A DNA stretch of 64,000 nt from Chiloscyllium plagiosum (GCF_004010195.1 NC_057749.1:10403409-10467408); one strand, 5' to 3'; shown: positions 13,243 through 25,825, counted from the first letter of the stretch. The notes: generated from the sequence alone by a model not told the origin. Made by a program: numbers and translations.

Positions 13243-13576
13243 GGGCAATTGCAGGCTATTTTACATAATCCTTTCTTTGAAGTTGTGAGAGTTTGTAAAA
13301 CTTTTCCCAAAGTTTTGTTGATTATTGATTAACAATTGCATAATGTAGAAGGCCATTTATAAACAGTCCAAGATAATGCAATGTGTGATTGAGGGAAAGT
13401 AAGTCTGGGCAATTGCAGGCTATTTTACATAATCCTTTGACATTCTTTGAAGTTGTGAGAGTTTGTCAAACTTTTCCCAAAGTTTTGCTGATTATTGATT
13501 AACAATTGCATAATGTAGAAGGCCATTTATAAACAGTCCAAGATAATGCAATGTGTGATTGAGGGAAAGTAAGTCT
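13243..13576. repeat. Direct tandem duplication (164 + 170 bp)
   Basis: gggcaattgcaggctatt...gaaagtaagtct occurs twice, near identical with one 6-bp indel. Confidence 0.95.
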
Positions 13577-13577
13577 G

Positions 13578-15285
13578 TCATAGAGTCGTAGAGTCAGACA
13601 GCATGGAAACAGACCCTTCTGTCCAACCGGTCCATGATGAACATAATCCCAAACAAAACTGGTCCCACCTGCCCATATCCCTCCAAACCTTTCCTATTCA
13701 TGTCCTTTTTCAACTGTCTTTTAAAGGTCGTAATGGTGTCCACATCCACCACTTAGAGTCATAGAGTCATAGAGATGTACAGCACAGAAACAGACCCGTC
13801 AGTCCAACTCGTCCATGCTGACCAGATATCCCAACCCAATCTAGTCCCACCTGCCAGCACCCAACCCATATCCCTCCAAACCCTTCCTATTCATATACTC
13901 ATCCAAATGCCTTTTAAATATTGTAATTGTACCAGCCTCCACCACTTCCTCTGGCAGCTGATTCCATACACATACCACCCTCTGCGTGAAAACGTTGCCC
14001 CTTAGGTTCCTTTTATATCTTTCCCCTCTCACCCTAAACCTATGCCCTCTAGTTCTGGACTCCCACACCCCAGGGAAACAACTTTGTCTATTTATCTTAT
14101 CCATGCCCCTCATGATTTTATAAATCCCTATAAGGTCACCCCTCAGCCTCCGACACTCTAGAAAAAACAGCCCCAGCCTTTTCAGCCTCTCCCTATAGCT
14201 CAAATCCTCAAACTCTGGCAACATCCTTGTAAATCTTTTCTGAACCCTTTCATGTTTTACAACATCCATCCGATAGGAAGGAGACCAGAATTGCACGCAA
14301 TATTCCAACAGTGGTCTAACCAATGTCCTGTATAGCCGGAACATGACCTCCCAACTCCTGTACTCAATACTCTGACCAATAAAGAAAAGCATACCAAACG
14401 CCTTCTTCACTATCCTATCTACCCATGACTCTACTTTCAAGGAGCTATGAACCTGTACCCCAAGGTCTCCTAGTTCAGTAACTCTCCCTAGGATCTTACC
14501 ATTAAGTGTATAAGTCCTGCTAAGATTTGCTTTCCCAAAATGCAGCATTTATCTAAATTAAACTCCATCTGCCACTCCTCAGCCCATTGGCCCATCTGAT
14601 CAAGATCCCATTGGAATCTGAGGTAACCTTCTTCGCTGTCTACTACACCTCCAATTTTGGTGTCATCTGCAAACTTACTTAATATACCTCTTATTATGCT
14701 CACACGCAAATCATTTATATAAATGACGAAAAGTAGCAGACCCAACACTGATCCTTGTGGCACTCCACTGGTCACAGGCCACCAGTCTGAAAAACAACCC
14801 TCCACCACCAGCCTCTGTCTTCTACCTTCAAGCCAATTCTGTATCCAAATGGCTGTTCTCCCTGTATTCCATAAGATCAAACCTTGCTTACCCAGTCTCC
14901 CATGGGGAACCTTGCTGAATGCCTTACTGAAGTCCATATAGATCACGTTCACCGCTCTGCCCTCATCAATCCTCTTTTTTACCTCTTCAAAAAACTCAAT
15001 CAAGTTTGTGAAACATGATTTCCCACGCATAAAGCCACGTTGACTATCCCTAATCAGTCCTTTCCTTTACAAATACATGTACATTCTGTCCCTCAGGATT
15101 CCCTCCAATAACTTGCCCACCACTGACGTCAGGATCCACTAGTTCGCTGGCTTGTCCTTACCATATTTCTTAAATAGTGGCACCACGTTAGCCAACCTCC
15201 AGTCTCCCGGCACCTCACCTGTGACTATCGATGATGCAGTATCTCAGCAATGGGGCCAGCAATCCCCAGCTTCCTACAGAGTTCT
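13578..15285 (-). mobile_element. CR1 LINE, young (RT plus 3'UTR), with an adjacent CR1 tail
   Basis: ORFs 14488..15030 ([24 protein letters not shown]) and 13841..14548. Confidence 0.95.
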
Positions 15286-15947
15286 GTTCTTGTTGCTCTC
15301 TTTCTAGTGAGTATCACACTTGGTCATAAAGAAAAAAAAAATTTGCAATACTCAGTTTTTATGATCTTGTTGGGCCACTAAAGAATATTTACAGAGCCTT
15401 CTTAGATCAAGAAAATATTAACTGTCTCTAAGTACCATCTTAAAGTGGCTTTGTCTTGCCATGAAATTGCATTGCGGCCTGTGATGGTGTACACCACACA
15501 GGCCGATGTAACACATTACTTATATACTGCAAGGATCTTTAATGTTCAACTGATAGGGCAGGTGGAGTCTCAGTTTAAGATATCCTCCAAATAATGATAA
15601 CTCTGAATGTGTGGCACTCTCTCAGTACTATACAGAAAGTGACAATCTAGTTCATCAAGTCCATCAAGTGGGGATGTGCTCACTTGTTTCCCCTGATGAT
15701 ACCCTGTTCCCGAACAGCAAAACAGATAAGCAATGAGTCACTGCCAAGTCAATGTGCTATATCAGCCATGTCAGAGTGAACTTTAACTGACTGAGACAGT
15801 TGGAACTTGTGAAGTGTAGGGAGTCTTTAAAACTTCCTGACAAATGGAAAGGTTTAATTCCCAGTTCTTTTTCTGCTTGTTTGTGAATATAAGTAATTGC
15901 CTTTTGGTGGAGGGTGAGACTCATTTTGGACTTGATCTACTGGGGAT

Positions 15948-16525
15948 ATGCAACTCAGTTTTGACTTTTACTTTATAGTTTACATCCTGTGGGGTGGATG
16001 GGAGTGAGGAGAAGATTAAGAACATGGAAGTTACACTGCAAGAGAAAAATTCTATGTTTACACAAATTCCTATCAGTGCATTGGCAAATGGTCTTCCTTT
16101 GCATTTGATGCATTAAATAATGATACACAGACTGGGTTGATAGAGAAGGTTGGGAAATCAGGATTGACCTTGCAGTCTTGGTGTAAAAAAAATGACTGTT
16201 TTGGCTGGGAGGTAACGTACATCCATGATTGTCTGTGGGAACCATTTTTCTGTATAGTTAACGCAGAGCCAACTGGAGATGTTTTCAGCTTATTTTCTCT
16301 GCAATGGAATACCTGGAAAAGTACTGTAAGCATTCCGGAATAGAGAGTCAACGCATAATCTTAGATTCAGAATATTATTAATATCAGGAACCTTGCCCCA
16401 TTAATTGGATTTTTCACCATGGGGCTCGGGTACACAAGACCAATACTATGGAATCTGAGTCAGAACTCCGAGTGCCACTGTCGGCAAAGTTGCCACAGAT
16501 AGAAGGGACATCCACTTGTTTGTAA
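15948..16525 (+). pseudogene. Disrupted ORF resembling the thogotovirus GP / baculovirus GP64 class III fusion domain (candidate endogenous viral element)
   Basis: 107 open codons at 16020-16340 plus flanking frames reconstruct ...CGVDGSEEKIKNMEVTLQEK/FYVYTNSYQCIGKWSSFAFDALNNDTQTGLIEKVGKSGLTLQSWCKKNDCFGWEVTYIHDCLWEPFFCIVNAEPTGDVFSLFSLQWNTWKSTVSIP/IESQRIILDSEYY*YQEPCPINWIFHHG...; colinear by-eye matches to GP64-family motifs; not repeated elsewhere in the window. Confidence 0.6.
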
Positions 16526-17089
16526 ATGTAGGTATATTATGTAGTTTAAGTGAATAGATTCATTCATTGATGTGTGTATGTCTCTCAATGATATTAAGTT
16601 AATTAAGCCAATAAATTTGCTTCATATTAAATTGCATGTGTCTTCTTGTACTCATTTTGTTCTGACCTTAATGAATCCATTAAGTACTTTCAGCCGAACA
16701 ATATATAGATAATAGTACTTAAATAGGGCTCAAGCCCTCAATTTTAGAGAGAGCATTATTTCAGTCAGCCACACTCCAAAGAGGTTACACCCACTGTTTA
16801 GCAGTTCCTGATATTTATACAATCAATCAACCTTTAACTAATATATCTATCACTTGTTCCCTCATTGCATAATATCTCATGCAAGGGCTCTTGCGTCACA
16901 GTTATAGTAACCCCACCCCTGGGTCAAGAGCCTTTGTTCAAGCCCACTTGCTGCTATCACCGTCGAAGAAGTTGGTCAGAAAATACCCAGCATTCCTTCA
17001 GACCAGTATGAGAAGATAACAGCCTGAAAGGCAATAGTTCAAAGTTGTCCAACAATGCAGCAGGGAATTGAAGTGAAGGTGAAATTGTA

Positions 17090-17576
17090 TTGAATCATTT
17101 TTTTATCACGTGTATTCAACATAAAACACAGTGAAAAGTGAGTACCGTCACTGTGCATCGGCGCCATTCTCATTAGTTTAAAATAAAATAAAAAATAAAG
17201 GTAAATAGAGTCCAAAGTTCCCTGCTCTGCTGCTACAGTCCTGGTCCAGTCTACACCAGCCTATACTATGCCATTGCCAGGGTCCCACTCCAGGATTCAC
17301 CAGCCCACTCCATATTCAAGTGAGAGTCCCGCTCCAGGTTTCAGGTAAGCTTACTCTGTAGCCACGCCACCTCTGAAGACACCACCGCTGCTACGGATCC
17401 CAACAAAACCACCTTCCTACTGAAGAACTCTCTTCATCAGGCAAATTTGAGTGAAAATTCAATAAAACCGAGAAAAGAAGGGCTAAAGGAAAAATGAAAA
17501 GAAAAGGAAAAGTGGACGGAGAGGACAAGCACGAGTCCAGCAGCCTGGATGCTGCCTACTCTGCCACTGCCATCTG
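17090..17576 (-). mobile_element. Non-autonomous retroposon with a Rex/Babar-like 3' tail
   Basis: Minus strand starts cagatggcagtggcagagtagg and ends cttttcactgtg...acacgtgataaaaaatgattcaat, similar to tails at about 21120 and 60325. Confidence 0.4.
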
Positions 17577-19016
17577 ACAAGCAATCCTGAGTGTGCTCAT
17601 AACTACACTAACAGCCCGCTGAAGATAATCAGCTGAGCCCATAACTTGGCTCATTTACTCTTGTTAGAAGTCACACACAACTACTCAAACAAAAGGAATT
17701 TGTTTAAGTCTCTGGTATTCTTGCACTTCCTGGGAGCTGGAGGAGCCTATAATTTCCTCTGTGCTGCTCCACAGCAATGTACTTGCCAACCAATCAGTGC
17801 CTATCACTCCAATAGTATCAAGTGCTGTGACTATTTGAAATTTGGCATTCTTGCAATTGTCCTGATGAATATAAGATGGTAGCCTTCGGTGACATGTCTC
17901 TCTTTTCAGTTTGATTCAAGTTCTATTCCATCAAGGGACTGAAAGATTAAAGTACATGTATTAGTGAGCTCCTTTTCAGCACTCAGAATGTCTCAAAGCA
18001 GTTTGAAACATTTTTCAAATTTTCTTTCCTATTATATTGTTGGAAAATGGTGTATAAATGCAAATATTTCTTTGGGTCTAGCTGAATATTGAACAAAGTT
18101 CATTCAGCCATCAAACCCATCTTGCATTGATGCTCTTCAAGAATATTATTCTACGTATCTTGTCTCACCTAATTGATATATCATCCTGTTCCTTTCTTGC
18201 TGATATGTTTATCCAGCTTCCCTCTGTCAGTGCGATTCACTTCAGCTATTCGACATCTAACGGGTTCACCTTCCTAACATTTCTCCTCAATTCCCTACTG
18301 GACTACAGCTGCTTTTCCACACTCTCAATGCAGCTGAAGTGGTTTGGCCCGCATACCTGCAGGACAGGTAACAGTCGCAAAGGCTTGTCTGACAAAGCCC
18401 AAGTGGTATGAAAACTATTCCAGAGGCCTAAGATTCAAGCATTTGCAATGAGACATCCAACCTGATGGTCAAACAGCCAGGACAATCTGATGAATTGATG
18501 GGGAGCTTTTGAAAATGTAAAGAACGTACCTCCCTACTCAGCCTCACTGAAGATTAAAAGTCTTTACTCTGAGAAAAATAAGTGGACATGAGTTCGCACT
18601 GGTCAACTCTAAGGCAAGGAAACATCATAAGCAAAGACTTAGCAGTATAGGTCTTTTCACGGGTTTAATATTGCTGATGAGTAACAAACAGACTTCATGA
18701 ACCTAGATAATAGGCATGGAAGGCTAGAGGTTGTTCAAAGACTGATTGTTTTTCAGCATTGCCTAATTTTTGCTGGCTTGTGTTGGTCAATGTTTACACA
18801 AGTTTTCAAAATGCACACAGTTTCAAAGCACTTTGCTGAGTTTGGATTGTCTGCCAAGTAACGAGGGAAATGACACAAAGGTGAGTGGAAGAGATGTAAA
18901 GTGAAGCACCATACAGCTATTACAATCAACCTGTTTGGATACTTCTGAACCAAGTAGGATTAAAATCCTGGCTTTCTGGATCAGGAATAGGAGATAGGAA
19001 TACTACCATAGAGTTG

Positions 19017-19322
19017 AAAATCGCACAACACCAAGTTATAGTCCAACAGGTGTAATTGGAAGCACACTAGCTTTCGGAGCGACGCTCCTTCATCAGGTGA
19101 TAGTGGAGGGCTCAATCCTAACACACAGAATTTATAGCAAAAATTTGCAGTGTGATGTAACTGAAATTATACATTGAAAAATTGATTGTCTGTTAAGCCT
19201 TTCATCTGTTAGAATACACTGTATTGGAAGCTAGTGTGCTTCCAATTAAACCTGTTGGACTATAACCTGGTGTTGTGTGATTTTTAAGTTTGTACACCCC
19301 AGTCCAACACTGGCATCTCCAA
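19017..19322. mobile_element. Fold-back PLE-derived element, family A
   Basis: Inverted termini; 12-bp TSD accatagagttg at 19005-19016 and 19323-19334. Confidence 0.85.
19065..19099 (-). ncRNA. Minimal hammerhead ribozyme motif (PLE type)
   Basis: Minus strand reads CAC-CUGAUGA-A-GGAGC-GUC-GCUCC-GAAA-GCUA-GUG: core boxes, 5-bp stem II, 3-bp stem I and a palindromic AGCU in place of stem III. Confidence 0.75.
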
Positions 19323-19400
19323 ACCATAGAGTTGTACAGCATGGAAACAGACCCTTCAGTCCAATTAATCCATGCTGACCAGACAGTCTCTACTAATCTA

Positions 19401-19721
19401 CAGAACAACCTCAGTTATCCGAACATCAAAGATCAGAATTTCGGATTATCCAAACAAGATCTCAAGGTCCCGTAAAAATTATATTCAATTTAAATAAAAG
19501 CACAGCCAGAGCAGGCAACCTGGGCTGAGGGCAGGAGCAGGAACAGGGTCGCCATAGGAACCATGTTCCTGCCATTGCCGTCACCACGGGAACCCTATAC
19601 CTGTTATTGCCATTGCCACGGAAACCCTGTTCCTCCTATTGCAGTCACCACAGGAACCATAATCAGTTATCCGAACAAAATACTTCCTGTCCGACTCATT
19701 TGGATAATCAAGGTAGCTCTA
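19401..19721. mobile_element. Tigger/pogo-type MITE with internal short tandem repeats
   Basis: TA-flanked cagaacaacctcagttatccgaac / atttggataatcaaggtagctcta; splits a CR1 tail (19323-19380 and 19722-19805). Confidence 0.6.
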
Positions 19722-20638
19722 TAAGCCCCATTTGCCAGCATTTGGCCCATATCCTCCCTATTCAGCTACCCATTCCGAAATCTTTTAAACATTGTAATTG
19801 TACCACAAGCGCCCCAGGCATCGTATTTATTTGCATAAAAATCAAGATTCTGAGATGAATGTCATTTTTGTTGAGTCATGTGGAGGCTTTCTCTTCACGA
19901 GGCCCTAGTTTGTTTTTTCATGTTACAATCCCAAACCCACTCATTAATTATGCAGTGTATCCCTATGGCCTCATGTTTGTCCTATTCTCTCCCTCACTGT
20001 AGCTGGGTGTATCTGCCACTGACAATGCATCCTAGGATTCTTGGCATCGGTGCCATCTTTATAATGCCCAGTCAAGAGCTGGCCATCCAGGGCTCCCCTA
20101 TATGATTTGATTAACTTGCCTGAACATGCCTGATAAGGGAAGATTGGCACTGCACCTTGTGGCCAGGGACCTAGAGCTCCTAGAGGATGGGATGTGGTGT
20201 AGAGGAAAGTTGTCTTCTTCCTCCAGGATCCACAGAGAAGGTCGCAATACCAAAGTTATCACCCATGCCAGTGGGGTTTAGAGAAACTCCCAGTAATGCA
20301 GGAAGAACCTCAACAGCTTTCTTTGTTCTACCAGGATAAGTGCCACCATCTTCTCAATGACACCCTCATACCCTATCTTTCCTACTTCACTCACCTCCCA
20401 TCGAGGCTCATGGTCTATCACTCTCACTGTCGCATGCAACATTTTTCCTCACTTGGTCCCACCTAACCTGACACTCCAAGCATACTAACCCTGTGTGCCC
20501 TCTGTGCTGTCCACTCAGTCACTGAGGACACCTCACCATCTTTCTCCCACCCACACCAGCACTTAATAGCCATAGCAGCCACTTTCATCCTACTCAGTCC
20601 CTCCCTATCTCTTATTCCAGGCAAAAACGGCTCATAAT

Positions 20639-22952
20639 GTCTCTACTTCCTCTGGAGGCTAAGGCAATTCAGCATGACCATAAAGACGCTTACCAATTTT
20701 TATAGATGCACAACAGAAAGCACTCCATCCAGATGCATCACAGCTTGGTATGGCAGCTGCTCCACCCAGGACCACAAGAAGCTACAGAGAGTTGTGGACA
20801 CAGCTTGGTCCATCGCACAAACCAGCCTTCCATCCATTGACTCCATCTATATTTCCCGCTGCCCCAGGAAGGCCCATCCCACCCTGGTTATAATCCCTTC
20901 CAACCTCTTCCATCAGGCAGAAGATATTTAAGCTTAAATGCGTGGACCAACAGATACAAGAACAGCTTTTTCCCTGCTGTTATTAGACTGCTGAATGGCC
21001 CTCTCAAATTTCAAATTTAATTTTGACCTCTTCTCTGCAGCCATAATATTGTATTCCTCGCTTCGTTTTATTATCCTAATTCATTTTGTATGATATGGTC
21101 CGCCTGTACTGCACGCAAAACAAAACTTTTCACTGTACCTAGGTACATACAGTCATAGAGTCATAAAGATGTACAGCATGGAAACAGACCCTTCTGTCCA
21201 ACTTGTCCATGCTGACCGGATATCCTAACCCAATCTAATCCCACCTGCCAGCACCCAGCCCATATTCCTCTCAACTCTTCCTATTCATATACCCATCCAA
21301 ATGCCTTTTAAATGTTGCAATTTTACCGGCTTCCACCACTTCCTCTCACAGCTCATTCCATATACGTACACCCTCTGCATGAAAACGTTGCCCCGTAGGT
21401 CTCTTTTATATCTTTCCTCTCTCACCCTAAATTTACGCCCTCTAGTTCTGGACTCCCCCACCCCAGGGAGAAGACCTTGTCTATTTATCCTAGCCATGTC
21501 TCTCATGATTTTATAAGCCTTTATAAGGTCACCCCTCAGCCTCCAACACTCCAGGGGAAACAGCCCTAGCCTTTTCAATCTCTCCCCATAGTGCAAACCC
21601 TCCATCCTGGCAACATCCTTGTAAATCTTTTCTGAACCCTTTCAAGTTTCACAACATCCTTCCTATAGAAGGGAGACCAGAACTGCATGCAATATTCCAA
21701 CAGTGGCCTAACCAATGTCCTGTACAACCACAACATGACTTCCCAACTCCTGTACTCAATATGGCCCACCCTGTCAGAACCTTGTATAATTCAATAGGAT
21801 CACCTCTCGTCCTTCTAAACTCCAGGAAGGCCAATGTACCCATCCTCTTAGGAAATGAGAGCAATGTCAGTTGGTAACTGATGTAGTAAGCCCACACTAT
21901 AACGTCTCCCATAGCTAATTTACTACAATCCTTCAAAGATGTAGCAAGCAAGGCATTTGATAAGGTGCTGTACAAAAGGCTAATACACAAGGTATGATCA
22001 CATGCGGTTACGGGTAATTTATTCACTTGGATAGAGAATCCGCTGGCAAAGAGAAAGCAGAGAGCCAGGGTCTTTCTCTGGTTGGCCAACTGTAACGAAT
22101 GGGGTGCCACATGGCTTCGTGCTTGGACCCCAATTATTTCCGATCTATGTTAATGGTGTGGGTGCAGGGACAGAAAGCAATATAACCACATTTGCAGATG
22201 ACACTAAAATAGGTGGGAATATAACTGAAGAAATAAGACAGTTACAAACGGATATGGTTAGATTAAGTGAAAGGGCCAATATTTGGCAAATGGAGTTTAA
22301 TGTGGATAAGGATGAGGTTATCCAGTTTGGTTGGAAGAAAAGATGTGCAACAAATTATCATCCAATTGGAGAGAAACATTCAGATTGCTTCAATGTAGAG
22401 GGATCTGGGTGTCCTCATGAATTAATCAAAGAAAACTAGTAAGCAAGTAAAATGAATAAGCAAGGCAAATGGAATTTTAACATTTTTTGTTAAAGAAAAC
22501 TAGTATACTTTTTCACACAGAGGGTGGTACGTGTATGGAATGAGCTGCCAGAGGATGTGGTGGAGGCTGGTACAATTGCAACATTTAAGAGGCATTTGGA
22601 TGGGTATATGAATAGGAAGGCTTTGGAGGGATATGGGCCGGGTGCTGGCAGGTGGGACTAGATTGGGTTGGGATATCTGGTCGGCATGGACGGGTTGGAC
22701 TGAAGGATCTGTTTCCATGCTGTACATCTCTATGACTCTATAATCTATTGTACTCTGACCAATATAGGAAAGCATACCAAACGCTTTCTTCATTATCTTA
22801 TCTACCTGCCACTCTACTTTCAAGGAGTTATGAACCTGCACTCCAAGGTCTCTTTGTTCAGCAACACTCCCTAGGACCTTACCATTAAGTGCATAAGTCC
22901 TGCTAAGATTTGCTTTCCCAAAATGTGACAATAATAAATCAAATCAAATCAA
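20639..22952 (+). mobile_element. Rex1/Babar-type LINE 3' end (pieces 20639-21148 and 22923-22952)
   Basis: LYFLWRLRQFSMTIKTLTNFYRCTTES...ITAWYGSCSTQDHKKLQRVV; tail ggtacat|atgtgacaataataaatcaaatcaaatc is split by CR1. Confidence 0.8.
21152..22922 (-). mobile_element. CR1 3' fragment (21152-21762 and 22748-22922) containing a composite CR1 block
   Basis: The consensus tactcaatactctgaccaa is split between 21762 and 22748; the insert holds an old + strand RT (FADDTKIGG) and a + strand CR1 tail at 22505-22742. Confidence 0.85.
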
Positions 22953-23574
22953 TAGAGGGGAGATGGGTGCCAGGATACTCAATTTTCAGCCTCTCACCCA
23001 CTAGACAGAGAAGATGTTGACCGCCTGAAAAATGAAGACCAGCTCTGCTCCCAATGGAATGCCAAATCTTCCATGTCCCTACAACTGAGAAAGAAGCATT
23101 GGCTAAGAATGTGCTTCTCTCCCTTTACTACTAGCGAGAATATATTTGTAATCTATCTGCACTTCCACCCCTTGGTCACAATGCATTCTCGCGTTTGTCT
23201 CCTGCAGGTACAATGGAATCAGTGGCTGATGCCAGCCTGGGAATAGTTCTGCACTTCCGGCTCTGAGGAAGAGGATGCGGATGTTGAGAGGATCCACAGC
23301 AAAGCTGCCTCCTGCATCCTTCACCAGCTCACATACCAACACCTCAGAGGGTATATTTGCTAAATTAGAGTCATTTACTGCTAAGAACGTCACTGCCTGA
23401 TTTCCACAGCCTGCCGAGAGACAAACGTTTCATGTCGCTGGAACTCAGAGGACTCTCAGAGACCAGGCCACTGCTCAGCCGGAGACACCATTTCTTATTG
23501 ATATCACATTGTAATTGACAGTGTCTAATTACTGTTATTGGCAGGAACGCAACACACACCAGTGAGGGAGAATC

Positions 23575-24052
23575 ATAAAATCCCTACAGTGTGGAAGCAG
23601 GCCATTCGGCCCATTGAGTCCACACCAATCCTGTGAAGAGGAACATCCCACCCAGACCTATCCCATCTCTGTAACCTTGCACTTCCCACAGTTAGGAGAT
23701 GGTAAGGACTGCAGATGCAGGAAGTCAGAGTCAATAGATGTGAAGCTGGAAAAGTACAGCAGGTCAGACAGCATCTGAGGAGCAGCAAAGTCAACGTTTT
23801 GGGCCAAAGCCCTTTGTCAGGACCATTTCCCATAGCTAAACCACCTCACCTACACACCCCTGGACATTTTAGCACAGCCAATCCATCCTAACCTGCATAT
23901 CTTTGGAAGGAAACTGGAGCACCCAGAAGAAACAGATGCAGACCTGGGGAGAAAGTGCAAACTCCACACAGACAGTCACCTGAGGCAGGAATCGAACCTG
24001 GGTCCCTGGTGCTGTGCAGTGCACAGGCTAACCACTGAGCCACCATGCCACA
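23575..24052 (-). mobile_element. HE1/V-SINE-type SINE with a PLE family-B insert at about 23694-23823
   Basis: SINE head and tail are recognisable; the insert matches the termini of the 34221 element. Confidence 0.8.
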
Positions 24053-24431
24053 CCATGATTGACTAAAGAAGGAAAGCAAGACTGATTAATAGAGTGATAA
24101 ATAAAGACATTGAAAAAGTGAACAGAAAAAAACAAACATGGAGAATCGTTGCAAGCGAGTTTTGTTCGGAAATTGCTGTATTGATCCTTTAGATGTTAAT
24201 GAGGGATGGTCAGGGTGGTGTGTGAAATTCAAGGGCATCTTTGATGCCAAAATTCAAAAGATATTCACTTTTCTGATAACTATGATAAAGAGGCTGACAC
24301 ATATCAAGAATAGCTAAACAGGATAGGCCTTTATTCATTCATTTTTAGAAGAATGACAGGTGATCTTATTGAAACACACAAGATTTTGAGGGGACTTGAC
24401 AGGCTAGATGTTGAAAAGGTTTTGTCTCGTA

Positions 24432-24760
24432 TCACCTTGCTTCTTTTGCAAACCACTTTAAATCTATCTCTTTCACATTTGTTCTTTTTATAAGCAGGAA
24501 CAGTTTCTCCCTATCCATGCTGTCCAGACTGCTCACGATTTTCAAAATCTCTATTAGATCTCCTCTCAGCCTTCTTCTCTCCAAGGAGAATAGTCCCAAC
24601 TTCTTCAACCTCTCTTCATAACTCAAGTTTCTCATCTCTGGTACCAGTCTTAACCTCTCTTCATAACTCAAGTTTCTCATCTCTGGTACCAGTCTTAACC
24701 TCACTTCATAACTCAAGTTTCTCATCTCTGATACCAGTCTTGTAAATCGCTTCTGCTTCA
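24432..24760 (-). mobile_element. CR1 fragment with an internal 45-bp x3 tandem (24607-24741)
   Basis: RLVPEMRNLSYEERL repeated three times before LGLFSLERRRLRGDL. Confidence 0.9.
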
Positions 24761-25033
24761 TAAGGACAACCTACATTTCTCTGAACCTTTGTAGCTGATT
24801 AGTTTATGCCAGCATTATTATCTGGTGTCTATCACCTAAATGATCAGTTATCTACCTCAAATCCATCAGCACATTCTTTCTGTCTTTTCTAATCTACATT
24901 TCTCTTTCAATTTTTGTGCTTTTATTCATTCCTGGAAGTTTCAGGGTCCCTCTATTGCCCATGTACCAAGCCAGGTGTATCAAGATGTTTGCAGATCAGA
25001 TATGCTAAGATCAAACTGACAACAGTGCGGTTT

Positions 25034-25825
25034 TAGAGTCATAGAGTCATGGTGACATACAGCACAGAGACAGGCCCTTTGGCCACTTTGCACTTGCCCC
25101 ATATCCTTCTAATCCTTTCCTATCTAAGTATTGTCCAAATGCCTTTTAAACATTGTTAACATACCTGCCTCAACCACTTCCGCTGGCAGGTCATTCCATA
25201 TGCGTACCATCCTCTGTATAAAAAATGGTGCCCCTCAGGTTCCCTTTTATTCTTTCCTCTCTAACTTTAAACTGATGCCCTCTAGTCCTCCATTCCCCAA
25301 CCCTGGTAAAAAGTGCATTCATCCTATCTATGCCTCTCATGATCTTATACACCTCTACAAGGTTCCCCTTCAGTCTCCTACTCTCTAAAGAAAATATGGA
25401 TGCTGCCTGACCTGCTGCGCTTTTCCAGCAACACATTTTCAGCTCTGATCTCCAGCACCTGCAGACCTCACTTTCTCCTCTAAAGAAAATAGTCCAAGTT
25501 TGCCCAATCTCTCCCTATAACTCAGACCATTGAGTCTAGGCAACATCTTTATAAATTTCTTCTGCACTCTCTCCAATTTAATAACATCCTTCCTATAGCA
25601 AGGTGACCAAAAATGAAAACAATACTCCACGTGCAGCCTCACCAATGTCCTGTATAACTGCAATATAACTTCCCAACTTCTATACTCAATGCCCTGACTG
25701 GTGAAGGCCAGTGTGCCAAAAGCTTTCTTCTCTGCCCTGTCTACCTGAGACTCCACTTTTAGAGAACCGTGCACCTGAACTCCAAGGTCCCTTCGTTTCA
25801 CTGCACTCCTTAAGGCCCTACCAAT
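25034..25825 (-). mobile_element. CR1 3' fragment with a short PLE terminus insert (25397-25477)
   Basis: CR1 ORFs 25439..25801 and 25191..25436; 14-bp TSD ctctaaagaaaata at 25383-25396 and 25478-25491. Confidence 0.9.

Larger units (their letters stand above)
20130..23570 (+). mobile_element. Degenerate Harbinger-like element (Myb/SANT-like ORF relic) split by nested LINEs
   Basis: 20150-20335 reads VARDLELLEDG...VVFFLQD...RNSQ*CRKNLNSFLCSTR, like Myb/SANT Harbinger accessory proteins; probable continuation at 22953-23570. Confidence 0.5.
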
